In this document: positions 10,601 through 20,827 of the stretch, piece by piece
How positions within the stretch are numbered: position 1 is the stretch's first letter
Layout of the letters: the number at the start of each line of letters is the position of its first letter
The notes under the pieces: generated by a model
What the model saw: only the letters and a program-made list of their open reading frames with translations
Told to the model about the DNA's origin: nothing
Database searches by the model: none
Program-made: the position numbers and the translations under genes
NCBI GenBank assembly: GCA_002269645.1
Contig: NIVC01004614.1
Coordinates: 1-40,469, forward strand
DNA: 40,469 nucleotides
Source: Macrostomum lignano
Taxonomy: Eukaryota
Direction: 5' to 3'

Positions 10601-11749
10601 TTTTTTATTGATTTTATGATTTTATTACGGTCCTCTGCTCTTGTCGCGAATCCATCAATTTCGTACCATCTTCCGTTACTTGGGTTCTGCCATGTCCCTC
10701 GTCGTTTTTGGTGGTAGAACGAGTTTACCCATGCGAGGTCGTTGGATGTCAACCAGTTCACTAGGTCTTCTCCCTGCTTATTTGTTGTCTCCAAGCCAAA
10801 TTTCCCTCTGTTTGATGTTGGTTTTTCTGAGTTTTTGCCAATCTGAGCATTGAAATCTCCTCCTATAATCAGTGGTCTTGGTGTCTTATCCACATGGATG
10901 TACCGTTCAATCTCATGTCGGAGTGCAGCCAGCTCTGTTTCGTATTGTTGACTGCCCATGACCGGACTATAGATGCTGATGATTGATAACTTGTAGATTT
11001 CAAGCATAACCGCTCTCTCGCACCTCGTTACCTTTGCTCCGCTCTCTCTCCAGATGGTGTGCCATTCGTCATTGAGTACAATTCCCGCTTTCCTGCTGTG
11101 AATCAGGTGGACATTCTTTCCTTTTTGGTGGTAGCTTCTTATTCCATCGTCTGGTGCTCTAAGTTCTGAGATTAGAGTGATTTGCCAGTTCTCTGTCATT
11201 ATTTTCTTCGTTATCTCTCCGAAGCGTCTGTCCAGGATGTTAGCTCTCTGCACGTTCCATGTTGTGATTCGAGTCTCCTCTTCAAGTCTCTTCTGTCTGC
11301 GGTTCTTCTCGTTTTGCTTCCTTCTTGTCCTTCTTTCTTTCCGTCTTTCATTTCTCCTCTTCTTCCATTCACTTGTCTTTTTTTTTGGTTTGCGCTCGTT
11401 TTTATTCGTTTTTGTTTGTTTTTTAGGTGCTTCCTGTGCTCTCGGTCCCGGATTCTTTTCAATAGTTCTTAGTCTTATTCTTATTATTTCTGCAAGGTGT
11501 CTCTTCTTCTTCTTGATGTTGGTCCTGCTTGTTCTCTTTCTCTTCTCATCCCCGTCTCGACTGTGGTTGGCCTGGTGTTGTGCGGCAGCTAGGTCGGCCA
11601 TGGCTACCTGCCGTTGCTGAAAAGGGCCGGTTGCACAGTTCCGACTTGCGTCGTGGGCTGGGCTCCGTGCCGGATTCCCTCTGTGTCTTCTTTGCCAGGA
11701 TGCGTGACCGCATCCTGTCCGCTTGTCACCTCGGGAAGGTGAGACACAA
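7668..11749 (-). mobile_element. Full-length RTE-clade non-LTR retrotransposon (4082 bp)
   Basis: It has a 14-bp TSD, a 148-bp 5' UTR, a single intact APE+RT ORF, a 43-bp 3' UTR and a (GAA)6 3' tail (TTC x6 at 7668-7685). A single ORF plus a short tandem-repeat tail is typical of the RTE clade. Confidence 0.92.
7729..11601 (-). CDS. LINE polyprotein, 1290 aa: basic N-terminus, AP endonuclease, reverse transcriptase, four C-terminal zinc fingers
   Basis: APE motifs: TWNVQ, LISEL, IIGGDFNAQIG, YEIDGF, SDHIP. RT motifs: KSPGED, YRGVCLL, QNGFR, LDLRKAYPRV, GLREGCPTSPVLFNIF, LFADD. The C-terminus has CEYEDC..H..MH, CVKC..H..VC, CATC..H..TC and CEGC..H..TC. Confidence 0.97.
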   Translation of the reverse strand: MADLAAAQHQANHSRDGDEKRKRTSRTNIKKKKRHLAEIIRIRLRTIEKNPGPRAQEAPKKQTKTNKNERKPKKKTSEWKKRRNERRKERRTRRKQNEKNRRQKRLEEETRITTWNVQRANILDRRFGEITKKIMTENWQITLISELRAPDDGIRSYHQKGKNVHLIHSRKAGIVLNDEWHTIWRESGAKVTRCERAVMLEIYKLSIISIYSPVMGSQQYETELAALRHEIERYIHVDKTPRPLIIGGDFNAQIGKNSEKPTSNRGKFGLETTNKQGEDLVNWLTSNDLAWVNSFYHQKRRGTWQNPSNGRWYEIDGFATRAEDRNKIIKSIKNHNGCALSDHIPKTLIIRGVADTGKRPNAKRLYRRSNQGINWKKLYDEENATKFKKEVERRMQTWKENKEEREQAPWTEVQRIIVESAKSICGPANRQTNPWMSSHENDLKRLHEELAVRLQQRNRARETHGPRSEQTKRAEEALRKTRKTQKNTVSEWEEQWWDQLADECRNAADKGQIALVYDKLRLLDKRGTAFNNSERGTNIDEQEFKEHLENIQKTRMENEPEKIAELIRNLKTPAGSKTISKEEYKELSDTPSDAEIDRAIKEMRDKSPGEDEVRLRYLKEGPEEVREAVRERIRYLYEHRAWHWEASEKVGLIIPLFKKGDRTDLNNYRGVCLLPMLSRILARIIASRLRDWAERVGALDDNQNGFRANRSTADSTQIIIRIQEDITEYRQAKNAVGDCNLEEDQLAFLLDLRKAYPRVSKPVLWGILQKYALPEKVIDKLKDLHEYTEFKVKGKKQSSESWLPERGLREGCPTSPVLFNIFHQACIREVEEKRTQTAKEKEQICGIEWTYLPGSSLPPQRRNQPNSETKTELIRTVLFADDTTILGNRKELSAGLESTKEIMTGFEEQTNDKKQEVMIFGTREGGKVRMLGSWTDTKYDTSQRLQKAARSWSTIRRRFIKCRLKKTTQAKVVEACIESILLFHANIRPFLKSETKQLQSFMDRIYRQIWSSRKMEPLREMEAKGINMQDIRNELEVTTIQTKIEKSHLIRIGHVLRMEANRLTKKMVLGWYKGLEKIRKTRKRKGNTIEYWKRLLRQAGIEPEMTERLATDRQKWRKIVQESISHLKRWEQQQGKKAEARNIERNDKQKQEKTRTFICEYEDCGKECKSKAGLTIHQKRMHRKIEEPVTFKCVKCEKQFRQEATWLNHVKVCGGEREVGGNRVKCATCAREISKSNLARHRKTCGTTREETRSPGGERKYRAKTKQCEGCGRTLAATNMARHLRTCKDC

Positions 11750-11763
11750 TCGGCGCCAGCCTC
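11750..11763 (+). repeat. Target-site duplication, right copy
   Basis: Identical to 7654-7667. Confidence 0.95.
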
Positions 11764-12729
11764 ATCAGCATCGTCCTCGGCATCGTCTGCGTCCTGGCCG
11801 GCGCCGCCAACGACAGCAGCGCCGTGTCGGCAACCATCGGCGACAGCGGCGCCTCAGTTGGCGCCAAAGCCGCAACCTACCTGGGTGTGGCGCTATTGAT
11901 TCTCGGCGCACTGCTCATGCTCGTCTTCGGACTGCACTTCCGGCTGGTGAAGCGACAGCTCGACCGTGACCGCCTGCTGCGCTGCGCTCGGCTGGGCATC
12001 CGGCCGGCCAGCAGGTACTCCGCCCTGCCCGATCTGCCCGCGCGGCCCGCCATCGCCGCCCTGACAGCTGCACCAGCGGGCTCCGACGGCTGCACCAACC
12101 CGGCTTTCGTCGGCGTCTCAACTAGCGAGTACCCGGACGTCGCGGACTCGAGGCCTCCGGCCGGCTCCGGAGAGTCTTTCTCGTCGGCGTCCACAAGCGG
12201 CATTGGCAGCTGCAGTCCAGCGAGCAGCAGCAGTGGTGGCAGCCTTGCCGAACCCGTGGTACAGCTCTCCGTGAACCAACTGCAGCAGCACGAACGGCAT
12301 CAGCAGCACCAGCAGCACCAGCAGCACCAGCAGCACCAGCAGCACCAGCAGCACCAGCAGCACCAGCAGCACCAGCAGCACCAGCAGCACCAGCAGCACC
12401 AGCAGCACCAGCAGCACCAGCAGCACCAGCAGCACCAGCAGCACCAGCAGCACCAGCAGCACCAGCAGCACCAGCAGCAGCACCAGCAGCACCAGCAGCA
12501 GTACCTGCAGCAGCACCAGAAGCACCAGCAGCACCAGCAGCACCAGCAGCACCAGCAGCACCAGCAGCACCAGCAGCACCAGCAGCACCAGCAGCACCAG
12601 CAGCACCAGCAGCACCAGCAGCACCAGCAGCACAAGCAGCACCAGCAGCACCAGCAGCCTCAGCCTCTTCCGGCACCACAGCACAGGTCAAAGTTTGCTG
12701 CCTATGGATACAGATCTTCACAGATATAA
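11764..12729 (+). pseudogene. 3' part of the interrupted two-TM protein gene: rest of TM1, loop, TM2, Ser/Pro-rich tail and (QQH)n tract
   Basis: The open frame reads ISIVLGIVCVLAGAANDSS...TYLGVALLILGALLMLVFGLHFRLVKRQ...NPAF...(QQH)n...RSSQI*. It is in frame with 7563-7667, giving a 356-aa reconstructed product. Confidence 0.8.
12301..12657 (+). repeat. Coding 9-bp repeat (CAGCAGCAC)n encoding a Gln/His tract
   Basis: About 40 units. All interruptions (TAC CTG, AAG, extra CAG) preserve the frame. Confidence 0.97.
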
Positions 12730-12967
12730 TGGAGTCTTACTCTTGGACGTCCAGATCGTGATGCTATAAGCTTTCTCATTGTGCTGCGACCTTTCTGATG
12801 CGTTCTTAGAGCAGTGCTGCTGTGCTGACTCAATTGACAGCTATTTTCTAATTGAGTCAATGACCCACTGACCGAATAATTGTAGACTCAAGCGTGCTTG
12901 ATCAATATATATCAACAGTATGATGAACATTGAGTCACGATCAACGACCAACCAATCCATTCTCATC

Positions 12968-14282
12968 TGAGTCCCTTGACCCCAATCCCATTGTGAGTCC
13001 CATGACCCCAATCCCGTTGTGAGTCCCATGACCCCAGTCCCGTTGTGAGTCCCATGACCCCAATCCCGTTGTGAGTCCCATGACCCCAGTCCCGTTGTGA
13101 GTCCCATGACCCCAATCCCGTTGTGAGTCCCATGACCCCAATCCCGTTGTGAGTCCCATGACCCCAATCCCGTTGTGAGTCCCATGACCCCAGTCCCGTT
13201 GTGAGTCCCATGACCCCAATCCCGTTGTGAGTCCCATGACCCCAATCCCGTTGTGAGTCCCATGACCCCAGTCCCGTTGTGAGTCCCATGACCCCAGTCC
13301 CGTTGTGAGTCCCATGACCCCAATCCCATTGTGAGTCCCATGACCCCAATCCCGTTGTGAGTCCCATGACCCCAATCCCGTTGTGAGTCCCATGACCACA
13401 ATCCCGTTGTGAGTCCCATGACCCCAGTCCCGTTGTGAGTCCCATGACCCCAGTCCCGTTGTGAGTCCCATGACCCCAATCCCATTGTGAGTCCCATGAC
13501 CCCAATCCCGTTGTGAGTCCCATGACCCCAATCCCGTTGTGAGTCCCATGACCCCAATCCCGTTGTGAGTCCCATGACCCCAGTCCCGTTGTGAGTCCCA
13601 TGACCCCAATCCCGTTGTGAGTCCCATGACCCCAATCCCGTTGTGAGTCCCATGACCCCAGTCCCGTTGTGAGTCCCATGACCCCAATCCCGTTGTGAGT
13701 CCCATGACCCCAATCCCGTTGTGAGTCCCATGACCCCAATCCCGTTGTGAGTCCCATGACCCCAATCCCGTTGTGAGTCCCATGACCCCAATCCCGTTGT
13801 GAGTCCCATGACCCCAATCCCGTTGTGAGTCCCATGACCCCAATCCCGTTGTGAGTCCCATGACCCCAATCCCGTTGTGAGTCCCATGACCCCAATCCCG
13901 TTGTGAGTCCCATGACCCCAGTCCCGTTGTGAGTCCCATGACCCCAATCCCGTTGTGAGTCCCATGACCCCAATCCCGTTGTGAGTCCTATGACCCCAAT
14001 CCCATTGTGAGTCCCATGACCCCAATCCCGTTGTGAGTCCTATGACCCCAATCCCATTGTGAGTCCCATGACCCCAATCCCGTTGTGAGTCCCATGACCC
14101 CAATCCCGTTGTGAGTCCCATGACCCCAATCCCGTTGTGAGTCCCATGACCCCAATCCCGTTGTGAGTCCCATGACCCCAATCCCATTGTGAGTCCCATG
14201 ACCCCAGTCCCGTTGTGAGTCCCATGACCCCAATCCCGTTGTGAGTCCTATGACCCCAGTCCCGTTGTGAGTCCCATGACCA
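12968..14282. repeat. 26-bp tandem minisatellite (GTGAGTCCCATGACCCCAATCCCGTT), ~50 copies
   Basis: The unit is visible. The 26-aa periodic translations in three minus frames confirm the 26-bp period. Confidence 0.98.
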
Positions 14283-14664
14283 ACAGGCACCAATTTATCG
14301 GACTGTTCATAACTCATAGGAAATTCTACATTTTGGATTACTAGAGAATTTGAATATAAAAAATTCAAACGCTATATCACACAACATGAGATCAGTTTGT
14401 ATAGTACTACTGTAGATTACATGGAAATCTCTAATTTTGCGGTTTTTTTAATTTGAACGGAACTAACTGTAAAGTTCTATTACCTCAAAATATAAAGCAC
14501 TTCCATGCACTTCCAAATTCTATACTGTCATGCAGTCTTGGCGATTGTTATCACATGCTTTAGTTTTTATCCTAACAAATTTAGTTCGAACTTTTTGTTT
14601 CATTGTCAAAATTTTTTCGCATGTACAATGTAATAGTTCAGAGCGAGTAGCTAACTAAATTACA

Positions 14665-14903
14665 CTGGAATAGCTACCCAATTAGACTGGAATAGCTACC
14701 CAATTAGACTGGAATAGCTACCCAATTAGACTGGAATAGCTACCCAATTAGACTGGAATAGCTACCCAATTAGACTGGAATAGCTACCCAATTAGACTGG
14801 AATAGCTACCCAATTAGACTGGAATAGCTACCCAATTATACTGGAATAGCTACCCAATTAGACTGGAATAGCTACCCAATTATACTGGAATAGATACCCA
14901 ATT
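14665..14903. repeat. 22-bp tandem repeat (CTGGAATAGCTACCCAATTAGA), 11 copies
   Basis: Unit starts fall at 14665, 14687, 14709 and so on to 14885. Confidence 0.97.
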
Positions 14904-15240
14904 GGAAAAATGCCCGATAGTGGCTACAGCAAGTAGTATCAGATGTTACTTGTCTCACTGTTTCAATAAAAATAAAAAAACAGCGGTTTTAAGCACAAAA
15001 AATTAAAATTGATAAATTTCACGTAAAACTTTAACTCAAAACGCTTTCAGAATGCAAAGCTGATTTAACTAATCTGTGATAGGTTTATTTTGTAGTTAAA
15101 CTGATCGAAAATTTCTTAGCTTAGTTCGATTGACAGGTAATTGTAATTAAAGGAAATTTAGAAAATAAGGTAAATTTACACATCAGTCAGTTTAGAGGCT
15201 TAAGGCAAACTCCTAGGTGACACTGCAATATATCTGCCCC

Positions 15241-15375
15241 AACAATCTGTCAGATGGCGCCACCCAAACCCAACAATCTGTCAGATGGCGCCACTCTTCA
15301 ATAATATATCAGATGGCGCCACACGACAATCTGTCAGATGGCGCCATACCCCTACTAACTGTCAGATGACGTCAC
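15241..15375. repeat. Degenerate cluster of five TCAGATGGCGCCA motifs
   Basis: Copies lie at 15250, 15281, 15309 and 15334, with a variant (TCAGATGACGTCA) at 15362. Confidence 0.8.
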
Positions 15376-15446
15376 CCCTCAGTCTGTCGAAGTACAGAAA
15401 AACAGAGTCGAAATTCCTTCAATCCCGCATCAGTGGTCGCCCCCAG

Positions 15447-16435
15447 CTACTTCTGATACTCGGACAGAAAGGTGTGCCCTTCGCCCGTCAGCGGGTTCTT
15501 GTAGGCGTGCGCCTGCCGCCTCAGGTGCGTGTTGGCGTACACCCCGGTCTCATCCTGCCAGGTGTTCCGGCCCTGCCTGCGGTGTCCGGCGGTGTCGCAG
15601 AACTGCGACAGGGGCCGCTTGTTAGCCGCCGTCAGGAGGTCCTCGTCTGGCCGCTCGACTTTGTTTTCCGATTCGCATTTCTGTGAAAGGAACGGGATGT
15701 GCAGCTAAACTTATATTAGTGAGAAGTGCAGATGAGCCAATATCCTGCGGTGTGTACCTTTATAATTGTGTAAGTAACTAACACCTTTGTGTCAAAGTTT
15801 TTTTGTGAGCGACAAGTCGTGTGTCAGGGGCGCCAAAGCTGGGTGTCAGAGGCGCCAAAGTTGGGTGTCAGGGGCGCCAAAGTTGGGTGTCAGAGGCGCC
15901 AAAGTTGGGTGTCAGGGGCGCCAAAGTTGGGTGTCAGAGGCGCCAAAGTTGGGTGTCAGAGGCGCCAAAGTTGGGTGTCAGGGGCGCCAAAGTTGGGTGT
16001 CAGAGGCGCCAAAGTTGGGTGTCAGGGGCGCCAAAGTTGGGTGTCAGAGGCGCCAAAGTTGGGTGTCAGAGGCGCCAAAGTTGGGTGTCAGGGGCGCGAA
16101 AGTTGGGTGTCAGAGAACAGATTGTGTGCCTGCCTGAGTTCGCATCTGCATGTGTGCTCGTGCTCTGGGGGTCAGCGAAGTGAATGCAGCCAGCCTAGAG
16201 TTTCTTGGCGCGACTCGACTGTCTTCAGCAAGCCGTCTCACCTGTTTAATCTGCTCGTCGGTCACTCTGTCCCCGTAGTCTGCATTGTACGTGGACTCCA
16301 GATGATGCTTGTCGTACTTGCTCGAATGCCGGGGAAACAGGGCGCCGGGTCCGCGGCTCGGCCTGCCGATGTCGCTGAGGGATGCGGAGTGTGGGGTCTC
16401 ACGGATTTCTGATCTATTTATCACCCTAGATAGGC

Positions 16436-16478
<43 letters not shown>

Positions 16479-16897
16479 ACGAACAGACAGGTAAGCTTCT
16501 CACCGATCAAGGACAACACTGGCTACAGTCTCTGCCGTAACCATGGACGCTTTAGGGTGCTCGGTGTAATCACCCTTGGTCTGCAGCTGGTCGCACATGC
16601 TGCCGTAGGTGGTTGAATCTTCAAACTTTGAAATTTCGAGAATTGTGTGGTAAATAGATTAAAGTTTAATTTAGAAATATACGGTTGGCTGCAGTTTCTA
16701 GCCGAGCAACTTACTGCTCCTGATTCAGCGGCCAATCGGTCATAAGTCGATCGTTTGAGATTTCGAACCTTGTCGGTGCTTATCTCGTAGTCCTTGGGCT
16801 CGGCTTCGCGAGACAAGTGCCACTTGCCTGTCTTGACAATTCTGCCATAGTTGGCTACGTTGCCGCTCAGAGTGAGAGTTCCCGGCTGCTGGTACAT
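15447..16897 (-). CDS. CFAP95: CFAP95/C9orf135-like cilia/flagella-associated protein, 4 coding exons, 240 aa
   Basis: Exons 16897-16715, 16625-16504, 16425-16242 and 15680-15447 have GT-AG introns and consistent phases (0, 2, 0), totalling 723 bp. The product includes GTLTL...WHLSREAEPKDYEI...STYDRL, KASMVTAETVASVVLDRV, GPGALFPRH...STYNADY and SQFCDTAGHRRQGRNTWQDETGVYAN. These align in order with human C9orf135 motifs as I recall them (GSLTL..WHRDREAFPKDYDI; STYRRL; GFGAVFPRH; SQFTD..GINTWHDESGIYAN). Confidence 0.85.
15821..16115. repeat. 22-bp tandem repeat (CAAAGTTGGGTGTCAGRGGCGC), ~13 copies, inside CFAP95 intron 3
   Basis: The unit is visible, with alternating AGAGGCGC and AGGGGCGC variants. 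Confidence 0.97.
16432..16490. repeat. (GACA)n microsatellite in CFAP95 intron 2
   Basis: Directly visible. On the minus strand it forms the pyrimidine-rich tract before the acceptor at 16426. Confidence 0.93.
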
Positions 16898-18601
16898 TGC
16901 TGCTGCAATATTTGGATGTGGAAAAAATAAAGTCATACTTGTAAATAAAAAACTACTATTATAAATATCACACAGTCGTTTTAAAGTTTATCTTTTTCTG
17001 TAGAATATAGCTAACAATTCAGGTAAAACGCTAAAACCATAATATCTACCAAGCAATTCTAATTAATTGGTATCTACTTTAATGCCAGAATTTATGGAGA
17101 AGACATCAATACCTCATTTTCAGATTTGATAATTAAACTTAATGGTGACAAGCTACGTCGCCGATTCTTATTTTTGGGTTGTACAAGACAGAAGGGGAAA
17201 TATTCATTAACATCGTATTTAATGTTTAAATGCGATAATATTTTCTTCTAAATTTTTACACGATACAAAAACAAATACATCAGTGAGCTCTTGAGTTAAA
17301 ATAGTGCGTTTGAGTTGTCGTTAAAATCAGTCGAGCCCTTTTTTCCAAAAATCAATTTCATACTACTTTATCTGATAGAAACACCGTTTTTGTTTATAGA
17401 AATCACCTCATTAATTCCTCATTCATCAATCATCTGCTCATGAATAATATTATATACCCAGTCCACCTTATTTACGGAGTCGTTCTACACAGCATATTAG
17501 AAGTGTTATGGTCTTGCGAATGTTCTACTATCTGAACGTAACGTAATCGTAAGCAAAACAAAATTTTATTACCTTTGTTAGACAGGGAAATTCGTAATTT
17601 CCTCAGTGTAAATAATGCAAAAATTGTATTAAGTGAAGCAAAGTTGATTTATTATTATTCCACACAACAGGAACAAACAAATTGAAAAAAAACTATGTAG
17701 CGCAGTTGCACAGGACGACTACTTTTGACAAAATGCGTGTAGTGTGCGTGTTGAATAATTATCCATCTCAACCGAAACAACATATTATTCCTCTGATATT
17801 ATAAAAATAATGCATTTAATTGTTTTAAAATCAGTTTTTTAAGTAAAAATCTACTTTCTATAGTTATTGTCCGTGTACATATTAAAAGTCGAAAAAACTT
17901 TTGTTTAAACATAAATCAGCCGCAAAGTGCATGTTCTTAGAAGAAAAAAATAAGATCGACTAAGTGACGCGACTTATCAGCGACAATATAGTGCTGCTGC
18001 GCAACATTTACTTTTTTCGCTGTTCTCTGTTGTTGTATTTCGGCACTAGCTCAGCTTCATTTTTCATAGGCATAGAGTTGCTGTTAAAAAAAAACATTGA
18101 CACGATGGACACAATATTAGATTAAGCCTAATTTATATCTTGTCATGTCATAAATATTTTTTTTACAAACTAAGCCTAGGGCCTAGGACTAGTCACTAGG
18201 CTGGCTAGGTTTTAGGCTATAGTATGGCTTAGGCCCTAGGCCTAGTTTTGGCAGTCTTTCAGATGAAAATCATTTCTGAACTTATTAGTTTTGGTAGACA
18301 ATCACCATTGAAGTTTGTCTCTGTTCTCTATTCAATTTGAACTGAAGAAACCACAATGTTTATGTTAAGTTAAAAAGTCATTTAAATATAAATGCCATCA
18401 ATCAGCCTGTATATATATATAGTTTTGGAAGGCAATCATTTAAATAAAACTTTTACATACAAATGATTGTATTGTAGGCCTATTCTAAAACAATCAATAG
18501 AAGAAAAAGTAACATTTTATCATTTTTTACTCTTTTAGTAAACAAATAATATTCTGCAAATGTAAGCATTATATTTTTGTTGATGATCATTGTATATAAT
18601 A

Positions 18602-18713
18602 AGCCTAGGCATACATGCACAACCTTGGAAATCATCTGGCTGTTTCTATTGGCAACATATACATCACATGTAAGTCACTATTGGCTAAGAACAGATATTG
18701 GGTTGTTCTCAAA
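18602..18713 (+). repeat. Diverged repeat with an inverted copy at 26145-26261
   Basis: An exact 20-bp core CTGGCTGTTTCTATTGGCAA (18636-18655) equals the reverse complement of 26205-26224. Flanking GCCTAGGC, GCACAACCT, TATTGG..AGAACAG and GGGT..TTCTCAAA blocks are collinear. Confidence 0.75.
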
Positions 18714-20827
18714 TCTTGGCTTGAATTTATGAACAAAAAATTAAAAAGCATAAAATATTATTTTTTTGGCTTTAAAATTTTCAATTGTGGCACCACAACC
18801 CATATAGGTTTTTTAAACCAGAAAATCCTTGAATATTCAATAAATAAGCGTGTTTGTTTATTTTACCATAAGGATATATAGACGACAAAGTTGTTCTGCA
18901 ATATCTAATTAAAATGCATATGAAACACCTAAAAGTAATATTTTGTCTAGTAATTTTTTATTAAGTTACAAAGATAAACAACTTAAAGTCTTAAATAGTC
19001 ATATTTGATTTTGTTTAACTATTAAAAAATAGTTACACCACACGTTTTTAACTTCAAAGAAAAAAGTTCTTTTTGGACATCGTTCTTGTTGACCTGTTTG
19101 TCTTCAAGTTCTTAAAAATTCAGAAAATGTAAATGAGATCATCATTATTTTGAATACTTCATTCTCCGTTTTCTTTGGAAAATTCATTTAAAGTTGTTTT
19201 TGATGTAACTTTAAAATGCAAACTCTGTTTAATTTCTAAAAAAGTATGTAATATTCATGGAGCGCATAAATTGCAAGCTCACAAGGTAGAGATGTTAGAA
19301 GTTATCTGATAGCTTACTAGCACATATAGTATGAAAGTCAGAAATAAGGCAATTTAGGGTAAATATCAGTATTTCTATTCTAACTTTATTCTTTCATTGA
19401 AATTGCTTATTTTGGTTTTAGAGTAATTTGGAAAAAATACATGCATCTGTGAAATTTATCAAAGCAATGATAATAATGCAACAACATACAACATATAAAA
19501 GTAATCTAAAATGGGTATAACAATACAATAACAATAACAAAATGATTTACTGTAATATTAGAACAATTTTTCTGTATGAAAATAATTAAAAATCTGTTTT
19601 TCTTTGAAGTTCAACAATTTACCATTGAGTTTCAATAAGCTAAATTTAAAGAGAAAAAAATAACAAGCACCAGTGGAAAAAAATCTCATTTGTAAAATGA
19701 AGCATATATTCAAATCCAATTCCTTGATACAAGAATATGAAACAAACCACTGATTTGCCAGTACTTATTAGGACTTCAAAACAATTTTTGAGAAGGCTTT
19801 GCATAGCTTCAACAGCATTGAATATTCATCAATATTTAGAAACTTAAAAAATACATTAAAATGTTAGCTTATTTCATATAGAGCTAATATAATGAGCTTT
19901 ATTTTACTTCAGATTTGAAGTCAGGTTTTGAAGATAATTCAGAAAATATAGTTTACTTTTGCATAAATAATACTCTATATGCCTTGATAGACTGTCCTTT
20001 AAAAGACCTACACAAGATTTAGGAATCGATCCACTGTATGCTTAGAAGACTACAGTAGCTATTTTCATTATATCCTCTAAATTATTTTTTTAGTATTGTG
20101 TTTTGACTCCTACATTGTTTTAGGTTTTTTTCACGTGAGAATTTGGCATTTGGGGCATCTCACGTAGTAAAGCCGGTCATCTCGGGTGACTTATAAATTG
20201 TACATGTAGCACTGTAGGGTCTTAGAACTGTTTGATGTCTACACACCCAAATTTTTGTTATAGAAGTGATAGATAAGTTTCTTTGGGTGCTTCTTTGTAG
20301 CCGTGACTTTCCTTAGCATGGATGGATCTGTAATAAGCACTAAGGGGCCGCGTGCTTTAGCATGTGGACCTTGACCTTACTGCAATGGCATATCCCCATG
20401 GGTTAAAGAGGTCAGCTGTAGTCACACCAGATAGCTGGCTGACTGGGATCTATCGCTATAACCCAATACTAGACTTAGTTTTTTTTGTGAGACCATAAGC
20501 GTTGAGCTTCTGTATTGCCTCGACTGGAGGACAAACTGACTGACTGCAGACTGGTTGAAGAAAATTTCTCTCCCTCTTCTTCACCCCTTGTCTGTTCTGA
20601 TCTTTTATGTACATAGCATTGCTGTCAAAATGATTCTAAAATCATTTTCTCCACCCCCCCACCCATGCATGTTATCCAGTTTGGTGCCGGTACCAAGTAA
20701 GTTCTGGTAGAGATTAATTAAGATCTTTCCAATTATAGTTAGTGTGTGGTGCATAAAGTTTTCAACTAAATATTGATAGCATTTAAAACTAAAAATTTAT
20801 TCCCATGTGAGTTGAGTTTGTTCATGT

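Noticed and set aside
7996-11620. Plus-strand hydrophobic ORFs over the LINE
   Set aside because: They are antisense shadows of a purine-rich coding strand.
12118-12721. Minus-strand poly-LVL, poly-AAG and poly-CCW ORFs
   Set aside because: They are the reverse complement of the (CAGCAGCAC)n tract. Only the plus frame links to the TM-coding sequence.
12841-14368. 452-aa and 330-aa GLTTGLGSWDSQRDWGHGTHN repeat proteins
   Set aside because: The same peptide appears in all three minus frames, which is the signature of a non-coding 26-bp repeat.
12968-14903. CRISPR-like arrays (also 280-1453, 28330-29245, 35204-36790)
   Set aside because: The units are head-to-tail with no unique spacers, there are no cas genes, and the context is eukaryotic.
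20140-20620. Higher-GC island downstream of the Sola2-like ORF, possibly a second decayed ORF
   Set aside because: All frames have stops and I recognised no motif, so I cannot support a call.
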